NCBI GenBank assembly: GCA_963767925.1 | Contig: CAVYGB010000006.1 | Span: 288,001-352,000 of the forward strand | DNA: 64,000 nucleotides | Direction of reading: 5' to 3' | DNA from: an uncultured delta proteobacterium | Lineage (GTDB): Bacteria; Myxococcota_A; Polyangia; Fen-1088 | Part shown: positions 28,843 through 39,778 of the stretch, piece by piece | How positions within the stretch are numbered: position 1 is the first letter of the stretch | Layout of the letters: every line of letters starts with the position of its first letter | Program-made: the position numbers and the translations under genes | Notes under the pieces: model-generated | The model's database searches: none | The model's input: only the letters and a program-made list of their open reading frames with translations | Told to the model about the DNA's origin: nothing

Positions 28843-30291
28843 TCAGCGGCGGCGGCGGCGGAAAAGAGCGACGGGAGGGAGGAGCGCCAGCGGCAGGCCG
28901 GATGCGGAGGGGCCACCGGCGAGCTGGCACCCGAGCGGGGCGGAGGAGGCGCCAGGCAGGAGCGTCTCGGTCCCCCCGTCGAGGATCGCCTCGGGGTGGG
29001 GCCCGCCGGGCAGCGGGTGCTCGGCCGCCAGCGCGAGGCCGAGCGCGAGGAAGGCGGTCCAGTTCTCCTCGGCGGTCGGGATGATCTGCTCGGGCGGCAG
29101 GCCGAAGCCGGCCACCTCCCGGCCGTCGCGCAGCTCGATGGCGAAGCTCTCGCGACCGCTGGTGCGGAACCAGTCGATGGCCCCGCCGCCCTGCCCCTGG
29201 GCCAGGTCGAAGCCCTCGCGGGCCGGGTGCAAAGTGCCGTGGAGCGACCGCAGGGTGTCAGCGTAGAGCTGGGCCCGGGCGGCGCTCGCCTCGAAGCCGT
29301 CGGGGCGCGCGCGGGTGTGGGCGAAGGGGATCATCACCTGCTCGGCGGGGGCGTGGTAGTCGAGGAAGAGCTGCAGGTTGGGCAACGAGTCGGCCAGGTC
29401 CTTGATGGCCCGGGTCTCCGGCTCGGAGAAGGGATGGGGGCCCGGGTAGCTCTCCTCGGCGCAGCCCCCGGCGGGGGCGCCCAGGCCGAAGGCGACGTCG
29501 TAGTTGCGGTTGAGATCGACCGGGCAGCGCGGGTTCATGTTCTTGCGCAGCAGGCGCTGGCCGGTGTGGGTGGCCACGTAGCCGTCGACGTTGACCACCG
29601 GCACCACGAACACGGCGAGGGTGTTGACCACCCGCCGCACGCGCGGATCGACGAGGTACTGGCGAACGAGCGCCTCGGCGATCCCCATCGTCACCATCGG
29701 GGAGGCCCACTCGCGCGCGTGGTGGGTGCCGGTGACGAGGATGGCCGCCCGGGTGATGGTCTCGTCGGCGGGGGCGCCGCCGGCCAGGATGCGCAGGCCC
29801 TGGATGGGCCGCCCTTCGATCGATCGGCCCAGGGTGACGACGCGGGCCCGTCCCCGCGAGGCCAGGGCGAGCTCGCCGAGCCGCCGGTTCACTGCGGCGA
29901 GGTCCTGCACCTGCCCCCACCAGCCGTCGAAGACCCCCAGACGCCCGGGCAAGGTGCTGCCGAGCGCCCGGGTCGCGGGGGCACCGGCGCTGCCGAGCGA
30001 TCCGAGCGAATCGGCGGCCGGGCCCGGCGCGCGCAGGGTGATCCCGCGGGCGGCGAGGCGGTCGGCGGTCGGCCGGCTGATCAGCAGCAGGTGGCGCCCC
30101 GGGCCGGGATCGTGGGGCTCGATGACCTGCTCGGCGAGCCGCCAGATCGCCGCCACCTGCTCCTCGCTGGCGGGCTCCACGGCGACGGGGAACAGGGCGT
30201 CGCTGCGGGGGGCGGCGGCAGCGCTGCGGCTGGTCAGCCCGAGCGCCAGGGCGAGCAACCCGGCGAGGAGGGCGGAGACCCGGCGGCGCAC
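28843..30291 (-). CDS. M14 zinc carboxypeptidase with MYXO-CTERM-like sorting tail
   Basis: Signal peptide; HHAREW, NVDGY, RKN, VDLNRNY, FSEPET and DYHA motifs; C-terminus GCQLAGG..LPLALLPPVALFRRRRR. Confidence 0.88.
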   Translation of the reverse strand: MRRRVSALLAGLLALALGLTSRSAAAAPRSDALFPVAVEPASEEQVAAIWRLAEQVIEPHDPGPGRHLLLISRPTADRLAARGITLRAPGPAADSLGSLGSAGAPATRALGSTLPGRLGVFDGWWGQVQDLAAVNRRLGELALASRGRARVVTLGRSIEGRPIQGLRILAGGAPADETITRAAILVTGTHHAREWASPMVTMGIAEALVRQYLVDPRVRRVVNTLAVFVVPVVNVDGYVATHTGQRLLRKNMNPRCPVDLNRNYDVAFGLGAPAGGCAEESYPGPHPFSEPETRAIKDLADSLPNLQLFLDYHAPAEQVMIPFAHTRARPDGFEASAARAQLYADTLRSLHGTLHPAREGFDLAQGQGGGAIDWFRTSGRESFAIELRDGREVAGFGLPPEQIIPTAEENWTAFLALGLALAAEHPLPGGPHPEAILDGGTETLLPGASSAPLGCQLAGGPSASGLPLALLPPVALFRRRRR

Positions 30292-30310
30292 GCCTACAGG
30301 CTACCACACG

Positions 30311-30360
30311 GGATTACAAATGGAGATTTGTATTACATATCATAATGAAGTGAATCATTC
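30311..30360. promoter_or_regulatory. AT-rich multi-palindrome promoter/operator upstream of the M14 peptidase
   Basis: TACAAAT-GGAG-ATTTGTA, TGTA-T-TACA and AATGA-N6-TCATT within 50 nt. Confidence 0.5.
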
Positions 30361-30450
30361 GCGCGGGCAACCGCGGCGGCCTGCGGCGTGCACGGCTTCC
30401 GCCTGACGTGCACGTCGCACGTGCACGGGTTCCGTTCTGAAGTCCGCCGC

Positions 30451-32014
30451 TCAGCGCTTGAAGGGGTCCGTGAGGGGCGGGTTGCAGGCCAGGTCGACCA
30501 GGGCCTCGATCAGCACGTGCGCGCCGCGGTGGAGGTCCGCGATGGGGACCTGCTCGTCGACGTCGTGGCCGGGGTACGGCCTGTCCGGGAACCACATCCC
30601 GAAGGCGATGCTCCTCGGCATCCGCTTGGCGTACGTCCCGCCGCCGGAGATGGCGGGCCGGGCGACGCGGCCGGTGGCCCGCGCGTAGACGGCCAGCAGG
30701 CGGCGCACCAGCTTCGACCGAGGATCGAACGAGCAGCGGCTCGTCGTCGTAAAAGCCGCCCGCCACCAGGGCAGCGCCGGTGCGCTTGTTGAAGGCGGCC
30801 ACCCAGGCGTTCAGCTTCTTCTCGAGCTGCGGTCCGGTCAGCGGGGGGGTTCGCCGCAGGTTGATCACGAGCTGGTGGCTCCCCCCCTCGATCGGCTTGA
30901 GGGTGGCGACGTTGACCGCGTAGCGGCCCCACAGCGGGTCCTTCCGGGTCAGACCGAAGCCGCTGCCGTACAGATCGCGCCCCGCCAGGCGCGCCACCGC
31001 CAGCAGGTCCCCGGCGCCGCCCGCCGGCAGCAGCCCGTCCACCGCCAGGGCCAGCCCGACCAGCGCGTTGCGCCCCCCCTCGAGGTTCACCCCGCCGTGG
31101 GCGGCCCGCCCGCGGGCGACGGCGGTGAGGGCGTCGTCCCGGGTGTCGATCTCGAGGCGGACGCCCGAGGGCAAGGTGCGGGTCCGGAGCTGTTCGATGA
31201 CCGGCTGCCAGGCCGGGGCGCTGGCCCCCTCCCCGCCCCGCCAGGTGAGCGTGATGCGCGCCTGGTCGGGCACGATGCTGGGCGTGAGCCCCGCCTCGAG
31301 GGCGGTCACCTCGTAGGGCAGCGGCTTGCCCCCCGGGCGGGCGGCCAGCGGCGCGCTCACGTACAGCGCGTTCCAGGCTTTCTCCCCGACCACCACCGGG
31401 AAGGCCGAGTCGAGCACCAGGCTGAAGGCGGGCGGCGGGTGGGTCTCGAGGTACTCGGCGATGTCGCGGTTGCCGCTCTCTTCATCGCTGCCCACCAGCA
31501 GGCGCACGGTGTGGGTGCGGGCGAGGCCGCTGTCGCGCAGGGCGGTCATCGCCAGCAGCGCCTGCACCAGCGGGCCCTTGTCATCGGCCGAGCCGCGCCC
31601 GAGGACCACGTCGTCGCGGACCCGCCCCTCGAAGGGCGGGATGCTCCAGCGGTCCGCCTCGACCGGCTGCACGTCGCCGTGGACCAGCAACCCCAGCACG
31701 GGGGCCAGGTCGGGGCCGGGCAGATCGATCTCGGTGACCAGCCCCGCCTCCCGCACCTCCAGCCCGAGGGCGGTGCCGGCGCTCTTCAGCCAGGCCTGCT
31801 GGTCGCGGCGGGCCTTGTCGTTGCCGGCGACGGTGGGGAAGCGCAGCACCTCCGATAGCAGCGGCAGCAGGCGGTAGCCCCAGCGCTCGTCGTATTGCCG
31901 GTGGGCCGCGGTGGCGTCCCGCACCGGCGCCGGGGCTGACGCCGCTGGTTTTGGGGGGGCCGCTCCGCCAGCGGCCGCTACCTGGGCGAGGAGAGCCGAG
32001 AGGAGGAGCAACAT
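30451..32014 (-). CDS. Secreted M20 (PepV/Sapep-type) dipeptidase; one-base frameshift at about 30733
   Basis: HGDVQP, GRGSADDKGP, GSDEESG and GRAAHG motifs. After DDEPL one extra base shifts into SFDPRSKLVRRLL..SGGGTYAK..FG..GHDVDE, ending at 30451. Confidence 0.85.
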
Positions 32015-32020
32015 GTCGGA

Positions 32021-32614
32021 TCAGCCGCCGCTGGCGACCTTGCGGAACCGGCGGGCCTCGTCGGGCGCCGAGAGCTGCAGGTAGGCGGCCGTCTCCTTGC
32101 CCTGGCGGCCGAGCGGCGTCTCCCGCCCCGGCTCGACCTGCAGGCAGACCAGGGTGGGCCCCGGCGCCGCCAGGATGGCGGGCAGCTCGGCGGCGTAGCG
32201 GGCGGGATCGTCGAAGGCGTAGGCCGAGGGGAACCCGGCCGCCCGGGCCATGCCCGCGAAGTCGACCCGCCGGGCGCCGGGGATGGGCTGGTTGCCCGTG
32301 ATCTCGTAGGTGTCGTTCTGGATCACGAACAGCACCAGGTTGCGCGCGCCGTTGGCGACGGCGGTGACCAGGGTCCCCAGCGTCATCAACATGCTGCCGT
32401 CGCCGTTGAGGCAGACCACCTTCCGCTCGGGGCGGGCCAGGGCGATGCCCACCGCGAGGTCGGCGGCGTGCCCCATGGCGCTGTCGGCCGAGGCGAAGTC
32501 GAGGGGGTGGGTCGAGTGGGCGGCCCAGGGGCGCACCATGCCCATCGTCGTCACCACCACCTCGTCGCGGCGGTTGGCGGCCAGCGGCGCCAGGACCTGG
32601 TCCTTGGTCATCAT
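32021..32614 (-). CDS. ThDP-dependent decarboxylase beta subunit (ComE/phosphonopyruvate decarboxylase-like)
   Basis: SAMGHA; GDGSMLM..QNDTYEITGNQ ThDP-binding motif. Confidence 0.85.
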   Translation of the reverse strand: MMTKDQVLAPLAANRRDEVVVTTMGMVRPWAAHSTHPLDFASADSAMGHAADLAVGIALARPERKVVCLNGDGSMLMTLGTLVTAVANGARNLVLFVIQNDTYEITGNQPIPGARRVDFAGMARAAGFPSAYAFDDPARYAAELPAILAAPGPTLVCLQVEPGRETPLGRQGKETAAYLQLSAPDEARRFRKVASGG

Positions 32615-32645
32615 CGTTGCCTCGCTCGTCGTCTCGCGTGGCCGC

Positions 32646-33182
32646 TCATCGGGTGTCTCCGGTGATGAGGGCGGCCACCGGCGCTTGCAGCGTGCGGGCC
32701 CGCTCGAACACCGTCACCAGCCGGGGCAGGTCCTCGTCCCCGTGGACGAAGTCGTGGTTCAGGCCCCAGGCGCGCAGGGTCGGCTCGGTCATCGGGCCGA
32801 TCGAGTCGACCTCCGACCGGCTCAGCATCTCGGGGTCGGGCGCGGGTGGGGCCTGCCCGAACAGCTTCATCATCTTGGCGTAGCCCCGATAGGTCACCAG
32901 GCAGGGCAGCGGGATGCGCATGCGCATGGCGGTCCCCCGGAAGGCGTCGCCGCTCTCGAGCAGGCCGGTGTTCTGGATCAGCAGGATCGGCTGGCGGCCG
33001 CCCATCCACAGGCCGCAGGCCAGGGAGAAGGCCTCACCCTCCCGGGTGACCGGCCGGACCGCGATGGCGGCGTCGCGCTCGAGCAGCGTGTACAGCGCCG
33101 CCGAGGAGTTGTCGGGCACGCCGACGACGTCGGTGACCGACTCGCGGTGGAGGATGTCGACGATGGATGAGGCGCTCAACAT
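32646..33182 (-). CDS. ThDP-dependent decarboxylase alpha subunit (ComD-like)
   Basis: GVPDN, TREGEA, LIQNTGL, TYRG and TEPTL motifs. Confidence 0.83.
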   Translation of the reverse strand: MLSASSIVDILHRESVTDVVGVPDNSSAALYTLLERDAAIAVRPVTREGEAFSLACGLWMGGRQPILLIQNTGLLESGDAFRGTAMRMRIPLPCLVTYRGYAKMMKLFGQAPPAPDPEMLSRSEVDSIGPMTEPTLRAWGLNHDFVHGDEDLPRLVTVFERARTLQAPVAALITGDTR

Positions 33183-33294
33183 GACGCGTTCGCAGGACCG
33201 CGGCCGCTCCGAGCGCGGCAAGATAACATGGACGCCCGGGACGGTGTAATGTCCGCCCCCTCTTTCGCCCTCTCCTCGCAGGACCGACCCCGCC

Positions 33295-34527
33295 ATGGCC
33301 AAGATCAACTCGAACTACCAGAAGCTGCAGCCGAGCTACCTCTTCTCCGACATCGCCAAGCGCGTGCGCGCTTTCACCGAGCAGAACCCGAGCGCCGCCG
33401 TGATCCGGCTGGGCATCGGCGACGTCGTGTTGCCCCTGCCCCCGCCGATCGTCGAGGCCCTCAAGGCCGGCGCCGACGAGATGGGGCGCCGCGAGACCTT
33501 CGCCGGCTACGGCCCCGAGCAGGGCTACGACTTCCTGCGGACGGCCGTCGCCGCCCAGTACGTCGGCCAGGGCGCCCAGGTGGCGGCCGACGAGGTGTTC
33601 GTCTCCGACGGCTCCAAGTGCGACTCCGGCAACATGCAGGAGATCTTCGCCACCGACAGCGTCGTCGCCGTGACCGACCCGGTCTACCCGGTCTACGTCG
33701 ACACGAACGTCATGGCCGGCCGCACCGGGACCGCCGACGCAAGCGGCCGCTACAGCGGCCTGGTCTACCTGCCCACCACCGCCGAAAACGGCTTCGATCC
33801 GCCGCTGCCCGACCGGAAGGTCGACCTCATCTACCTCTGCTCGCCCAACAACCCGACCGGGGCGGTGCTCTCGCGCGCCTCGCTCACCCGCTGGATCGAC
33901 TACGCCCGCCAGCAGGAGGCGATCATCCTGTTCGACGCGGCCTACGAGGCGTTCATCCGCGAGCCGGGGCAGGTCCACAGCATCTACGAGCTGCCGGGGG
34001 CCCGCGAGGTGGCCATCGAGTTCCGCAGCCTGTCGAAGACGGCGGGCTTCACCGGCACCCGCTGCGCCTGGACGGTCATCCCCAAGGAGGTCGCCGCCCG
34101 CAACGACCAGGGCGAGCGGGTCCCCCTGCAGAACCTGTGGAACCGCCGCCACACAACCAAGTTCAACGGGGTCAGCTACCCCATCCAGAAGGCCGCTCTG
34201 GCGGTCTTCCAGCCGGAGGGCCGCGCCGCGGTCGAGGCCAACGTCGCCTATTACATGGAGAACGCGCGCATCATCCGCGAGGGGCTGAGCAAGGCCGGCT
34301 ACGTGGTCAACGGCGGCGTCAACGCCCCCTACATCTGGGTGCGCACCCCGGGCGGCCTGTCCTCCTGGGCCTTCTTCGACAAGCTGCTCAGCCAGGCCCA
34401 CGTGGTCGGCACGCCCGGCTCCGGCTTCGGGAGCTGTGGCGAGGGCTACTTCCGCCTCTCCGCCTTCGGCGTGCGCGAGAACGTCGAGGAGGCCGTGCGC
34501 CGCATCCAGACCCGCCTGCCCGCCTAG
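33295..34527 (+). CDS. dapL: LL-diaminopimelate aminotransferase
   Basis: [57 protein letters not shown] and TPGSGFG motifs. Confidence 0.97.
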   Translation: MAKINSNYQKLQPSYLFSDIAKRVRAFTEQNPSAAVIRLGIGDVVLPLPPPIVEALKAGADEMGRRETFAGYGPEQGYDFLRTAVAAQYVGQGAQVAADEVFVSDGSKCDSGNMQEIFATDSVVAVTDPVYPVYVDTNVMAGRTGTADASGRYSGLVYLPTTAENGFDPPLPDRKVDLIYLCSPNNPTGAVLSRASLTRWIDYARQQEAIILFDAAYEAFIREPGQVHSIYELPGAREVAIEFRSLSKTAGFTGTRCAWTVIPKEVAARNDQGERVPLQNLWNRRHTTKFNGVSYPIQKAALAVFQPEGRAAVEANVAYYMENARIIREGLSKAGYVVNGGVNAPYIWVRTPGGLSSWAFFDKLLSQAHVVGTPGSGFGSCGEGYFRLSAFGVRENVEEAVRRIQTRLPA

Positions 34528-34577
34528 GTATTTCTACATATGGGAGGCCAGGGCCTTCCTGACCGACATTCGGGAGC

Positions 34578-36311
34578 GTGACACCGACCTCCGACTGTCC
34601 TGCTCGCGCGTCAACCTCCGGCCGTCCCGCGCGCGGCGCGATCCGCGGGACCGGCGCCCTGCCCCGGGCCTGCGCCTCCGCCCTGCTCCTCGCGCTCGCC
34701 GGCTGCTCGGACAGGGCCGACCCGACCGCGCCCGCGGACCCGCTCCCGCCGACAGGGCCGCAGGTGGCTCCCCCGATCGCGCCGCCCGTCACGCCGCCGG
34801 CCTCCCCACCCTTTCCGCTCCGGCCGACCCCGTTCCGGACGGTCCTCTCCAACTTCGGCGCCGACGCCGCGCCGCTGGTGCGCTTCGACGTCGGCGGCAA
34901 CGCCCTCGACGCCCACGAGGGACACCTGCAGCACTTCGACGACACCTATTACCTGTACGGCACCAGCTACGACTGCGGGTTCACCTGGCAGGAGCGGGGG
35001 ACCCCCTTCTGCGGCTTCAAGGTCTACAGCTCGACCGACCTCGTCCACTGGACCGATCGCGGCTTCCTGTTCGATGCCCGCACCCCGACCTGGCAGTCTC
35101 GCTGCGACGGCGCGACCTTCGGCTGCTACCGGCCCCACGTCGTCCACAACGCGAAGACCGGGCAATACGTCCTCTGGATCAACGGCTACGACGTCGGCGT
35201 CGGCTTCCACGTCTTCCAGAGCAAGAGTCCGGTCGGCCCCTTCGTCGAGGTCGCCGCGCCCACGCTGGCGGTGAACCAGGGCCTGCCGCCCGGGGTGAAC
35301 AACGGCGACCACGCCCTGTTCGTCGACGGCGACCAGCAGGCCTACCTCGTCTACACCGACTGGAAGCGCCAGGGGGACCTCGTGGTCGAGGAGCTCGACG
35401 GGGCGTACCTGACCGGCAGCGGCCGCTTCACCCGGCTGGGCCTCAGCGGCCGCGAGGGGCCGGCCCTGTTTCAGCGGGGGGACCATTACTATCTCACCTT
35501 CACCGATCACGACTGCGCGGCCTGCGCCACCGGCACGGCTTATTTGCGGGCCAGCCACCCGCTGGGCCCCTGGGCCCGCCCCACCGGCGGCGGCCCCAGC
35601 ACCATCAGCGCCAGCTCCTGCGGTGGCCCCTCGGCGGCGGTCACGGCCGTCCCCACCACCGCAGGGCCGGCCTTCCTGTTACAGAGCGACCTCTGGAAGC
35701 CGGGGGACCGGAGCCAGGCGCTCTCCCACCACTTCTGGGGCCCCCTCTCCTTCACCAGCGACGGCGCCATCGAGCCCCTGCGCTGCGAGCCCTCGGTCGA
35801 GCTCGACCTGGCGGCCGGCAAGCCGGGCGCCCTCGAGCCCGCCAGCGGCGTCGACCAGACGACCGGCCGGGAGGGCTTCCGCCTGCAATGTGACATCGGC
35901 GCGCGCGAGCGGCTGCAGACCTTCACCGCCGGCCGGAGCGGGCCGCTGAGCCGGATCGGGATAACCACCTTCGCCATGGGATCGCCGGGGGGCGATCTGG
36001 TGCTGCAGCTCGTGGCGATCGACGCCGACGGCCTGCCCGGCGCGACGCTGGCCACCAGCGCGGTGCCGGGAAACCGGGTGGGGCGCTCGGCGCGCGAGAT
36101 CGCGTTCGAGCTGGCCGACGTCACCCTGGTGGCGGGCCAGCGCTACGGCTTCGTGTTGCGGACCACGCTCGAGGGCGAGGGCTGCTACGGGTTCGCCTAT
36201 CGCGACGACGGGGCCTACCCCCGGGGCGAACATCTGGTGAGCGAGGACGAGGGCGCGAGCTGGAACGTCCAGGACCTGCGCACCCTCAAGTTCAGCACGA
36301 CCATGCCCTGA
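34578..36311 (+). CDS. GH43-family glycoside hydrolase lipoprotein with C-terminal beta domain
   Basis: Lipobox LAGC; LDAHEG, YYLYG, YSSTDLVHW, RPHVVHN..YVLW, GDHALFVD and REGPALF motifs. Confidence 0.85.
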   Translation: MTPTSDCPARASTSGRPARGAIRGTGALPRACASALLLALAGCSDRADPTAPADPLPPTGPQVAPPIAPPVTPPASPPFPLRPTPFRTVLSNFGADAAPLVRFDVGGNALDAHEGHLQHFDDTYYLYGTSYDCGFTWQERGTPFCGFKVYSSTDLVHWTDRGFLFDARTPTWQSRCDGATFGCYRPHVVHNAKTGQYVLWINGYDVGVGFHVFQSKSPVGPFVEVAAPTLAVNQGLPPGVNNGDHALFVDGDQQAYLVYTDWKRQGDLVVEELDGAYLTGSGRFTRLGLSGREGPALFQRGDHYYLTFTDHDCAACATGTAYLRASHPLGPWARPTGGGPSTISASSCGGPSAAVTAVPTTAGPAFLLQSDLWKPGDRSQALSHHFWGPLSFTSDGAIEPLRCEPSVELDLAAGKPGALEPASGVDQTTGREGFRLQCDIGARERLQTFTAGRSGPLSRIGITTFAMGSPGGDLVLQLVAIDADGLPGATLATSAVPGNRVGRSAREIAFELADVTLVAGQRYGFVLRTTLEGEGCYGFAYRDDGAYPRGEHLVSEDEGASWNVQDLRTLKFSTTMP

Positions 36312-36325
36312 GCGGCCGCGGCGCC

Positions 36326-36802
36326 CTACTTCAGGGAGACCTGGCCGCTGGCGTAGGGGACGAACTTGTTCTTCAGGATCTGGCCCACGTTGATGAGGTA
36401 GGTGCGGCCCTTGTTGAAGCCGAGATCGGGCGACAGCTCGTAGCTGCTCTGGAACACGACCGCCGGGCTCTCGAGGGTGGGTGAATACTGGTCGACGATG
36501 TTCTTGCGATCGGTGCTCTCGAAGAACTGGACCGTCATGGGACCCTTGAGGGCCGGCTTCTTGAACACCGCCAGGTAGTGGATGACCCAGGGGCCGTCCT
36601 TCACCTTGGCGGTGATCTCGGCGCCCGGCTTCTTGTCGGCCAGGTAGGCGCCCAGCTTGGCCCCCTCGGTGGCGGGGAAAACCTCCTCCTGCACCCAGAC
36701 CTTGCCGCCGTGGGGCCGCGCCAGCCCAGCGTTGGGATCGGCCGCCCGCGCCGGCACCCCCACCGCGACGACGAACAACGACAAGCACACGACAAGTTTC
36801 AT
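36326..36802 (-). CDS. Secreted hypothetical protein
   Basis: Signal peptide ending ARA-A; strong GC3 codon bias. Confidence 0.7.
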   Translation of the reverse strand: MKLVVCLSLFVVAVGVPARAADPNAGLARPHGGKVWVQEEVFPATEGAKLGAYLADKKPGAEITAKVKDGPWVIHYLAVFKKPALKGPMTVQFFESTDRKNIVDQYSPTLESPAVVFQSSYELSPDLGFNKGRTYLINVGQILKNKFVPYASGQVSLK

Positions 36803-36924
36803 GGCAGCACCCCCGATTTACCGGGAGCATATCCCTCGCGATCACCCTCGAGCAAACCTCCTGGCCGTCCTGGCCGGGGCCCTGTACGCTCCTTGGGATC
36901 CGTATCTGTTCGGGGAGGTAGCCC

Positions 36925-39772
36925 ATGTCACGCAGCAGCCCCCTTCTCGCGCTGGTCCTCGGCGCAGGTTGTGTCACCGCAGCGGCGGACCGGGCCAGTC
37001 CCCGGACGGCCGCCCCTTCACCGGCGCTGCTCGAAGCCCGGGCCCGGGCGGCGACGACCACCCCGGCCCCCGCCGCCGCGGCCAGCGTCGCCCCGCCAGC
37101 GGGCGGGACGGTCAAGGTCACCGCCGTCGAAGGGATCCACGAATACCGGCTGGCCAACGGCCTGAGGGTGCTCCTGTTCCCCGACGCCTCCAAGCCGACC
37201 CTCACCGTGAACCTCACGGTCTTCGTCGGCTCGCGCCACGAGGGCTACGGCGAGACCGGCATGGCCCACCTGCTGGAGCACATGGTCTTCAAGGGGACGC
37301 CCACCCACCCCGACATCTGGAAGCTGCTGCAGGACCGGGGCGCCCAGTTCAACGGCACCACCTGGTTCGACCGCACCAACTACTACGAGGAGCTGCCCGC
37401 CTCGCCCGAGAACCTGGAGTTCGCCCTGCGCCTCGAGGCCGACCGCATGGTGAACAGCACCATCGCCGCCGAGGAGCTGGCCAAGGAGTTCTCGGTCGTG
37501 CGCAACGAGTTCGAGATGGGGGAGAACAACCCCGCCGCGGTGCTCGAGGAGAAGATGTTCGCCGCCGCCTACCAGTGGCACAACTACGGCAAGAGCACCA
37601 TCGGCTCGCGCTCGCGACATCGAGCGGGTGCCGGTCGAGAACCTGCGGGCCTTCTACCGCCGCTTTTACCAGCCCGACAACGCCCTGCTGGTCGTGGCGG
37701 GCAAGTTCGACGAGGCCCAGGCGCTCGCCCTCACCGAGCGCACCTTCGGGGCCATCCCCCGGCCCACCCGCGCGCTCCCCGCCACCTGGACCGAGGAGCC
37801 GGTCCAGGACGGCGAGCGGGCGGTGCTGCTGCGCCGGAGCGGTGACGTCGCGGTGGTGGCCGCGCTCTACCACGCGGTGGCGGGCGCCGACCCGGACTGG
37901 AACGTGTTCAACGCCGTCAGCGACATCCTCACCAGCAAGCCCTCCGGCCGGCTGTACAAGGCCCTCGTCGAGAAGGGGCTGGCCAGCGAGGTCTTCGCCT
38001 CGTTTTACCCGACCACCGAGCCGGGGGCCCTGTTCGTGGGGGCCAAGGTCCGGCCCGGCGGCTCGCCCGAGAAGGTGCGCGACGCCCTCATCGCGGTGGT
38101 CGAGGAGCTGGGCCAGACGCCGGTCAGCGAGGCGGAGGTCGACCGCTGGCGGGCCCGATCGGTCAAGGAGTTCGAGCTGGCGCTCACCGAGACGGCCCGG
38201 GTGGGGGTGGAGCTGTCGGACTGGGCCGCGATGGGCGACTGGCGGCTGTTTTTCCTCACGCGCGATCGGCTCAAGGTGATCAAGGCGGCGGACGTCACCC
38301 GGGTGGCGAAGGCCTACCTGCTGCCGGCCAACCGGACGTCGGGCATGTTCCTGCCGACCAGGAGCCCCCTGCGCCCACCGGTGCCTGCCCGGGTGGACGT
38401 GGCCGCTCTGATGAAGGACTTCAAGAGCGAGGGGACCGTCAGCGAGGGCGAGGCCTTCGTGGCCAGCATCGAGACGGTGGAGAAGCGCACGCAGCGGCTG
38501 GCCCTGCCGGGCGGGCTCGAGCTGGCCTTCCTGCCGAAGAAGACCAAGGGGGCGGCGGTGCGGGTGGTGCTGACCCTGCGCTACGGCAGCGAGAAGGACC
38601 TGCAGGGACGGCGGACGGCGGCCAACGTGGTGCCGAACATGTTGCTGCGGGGGAGCAAGAAGCACAGCTTCCAGCAGCTCAAGGACGAGCTCGACCGCCT
38701 CAAGGCGGAGGTGCAGATCGGCAGCGGGCGCATGTCGGTCTCCTCGCCAGGCGAGCAGCGGGTGCGCATCAAGACGGTGCGCGAGCACCTGCCCGCGGTG
38801 TTGACCCTTGTCGCGGAGGTTTTGCGCGAGCCGGCCTTCCCCGCCCGGGAGTGGGAGACCCTGCGCAAGGAGTCCCTGGCTCGCCTCGAGGAGGAGCTGC
38901 AGGACCCCATGTCCAACGGGTTCCGGACGCTGCTGCAGAAGATCTTCCCTCAGTCCCCCAAAGACGTGCGCTACCTGCCGAGCGTGGCCGAGAGCATCGA
39001 CGAGCTCAAGCGCACCAAGCTGGCCGACGTGGCCCGCATCCACCGCGGCCTGTGGGGCATGAGCGCGGCCCAGCTCTCGATCGTCGGCGACTTCGATCCC
39101 GAGCCGACCAGGGCCCTGCTGCAGCAGCAGCTCGGCACCTGGAAGTCGCCCAGGCCCTACCAGCGGGTGACCCAGCCCTTCAAGGAGGGCAACAGCGAGA
39201 GCGCGGTGATCAACACGCCCGACAAGCAGATGGCCATGGCGGCGGTCGGCCAGCCCCTCGAGGTGCGCGACGACGACCCCGACTACCCGGCCCTGCTGCT
39301 CATCAACCACATCCTGGGCGGCAGCTCCAGCTCGCGCCTGATGGGCCGTTTGCGGCAGAAGGAGGGCCTCTCGTACGGGACCTTCTCCCAGATCAACGCC
39401 CGGCCCGAGGACAAGACGGGCCTGTTCTTCGCCGCCGCCCTGTGCGCCCCCCAGAATACCGACAAGGCCATGACCGCCATCCTCGAGGAGATCGACCGGC
39501 TCCTGCGCGAGGACGTGCCCGCCGCCGAGCTGGCCGACGCCAAGCGCAGCTACGCCGCCGGCTGGGACAGCCGCATGGCCGAGGACGACTTCGTGGCCGA
39601 CGAGCTGGTTCAGGGCCTGTACCTCGACCGCTCGTTCGAGCACTGGCGCAAGATCAACGAGCGGATCCAGAGCCTGACCGCCGCCGAGGTGCAGGCGGTG
39701 GCCCGCAAGCACCTCAAGCCCGACAAGCTGGCCCGGGTCCGGGCCGGCGACCTGGCCAAGAAGTCCTCCTGA
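36925..39772 (+). CDS. M16 zinc protease (PqqL/pitrilysin-like); one-base frameshift at about 37615
   Basis: GGAGG RBS; LANGLRV, AHLLEH (HxxEH), [17 protein letters not shown] plus one extra C rejoins [10 protein letters not shown] (ORF 37628-39772), which carries [10 protein letters not shown]. Confidence 0.88.
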
Positions 39773-39778
39773 CGCCGC

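Noticed and set aside
37590..37640. Programmed frameshift in the M16 protease
   Set aside because: No slippery sequence; a simple single-base insertion like others in the window
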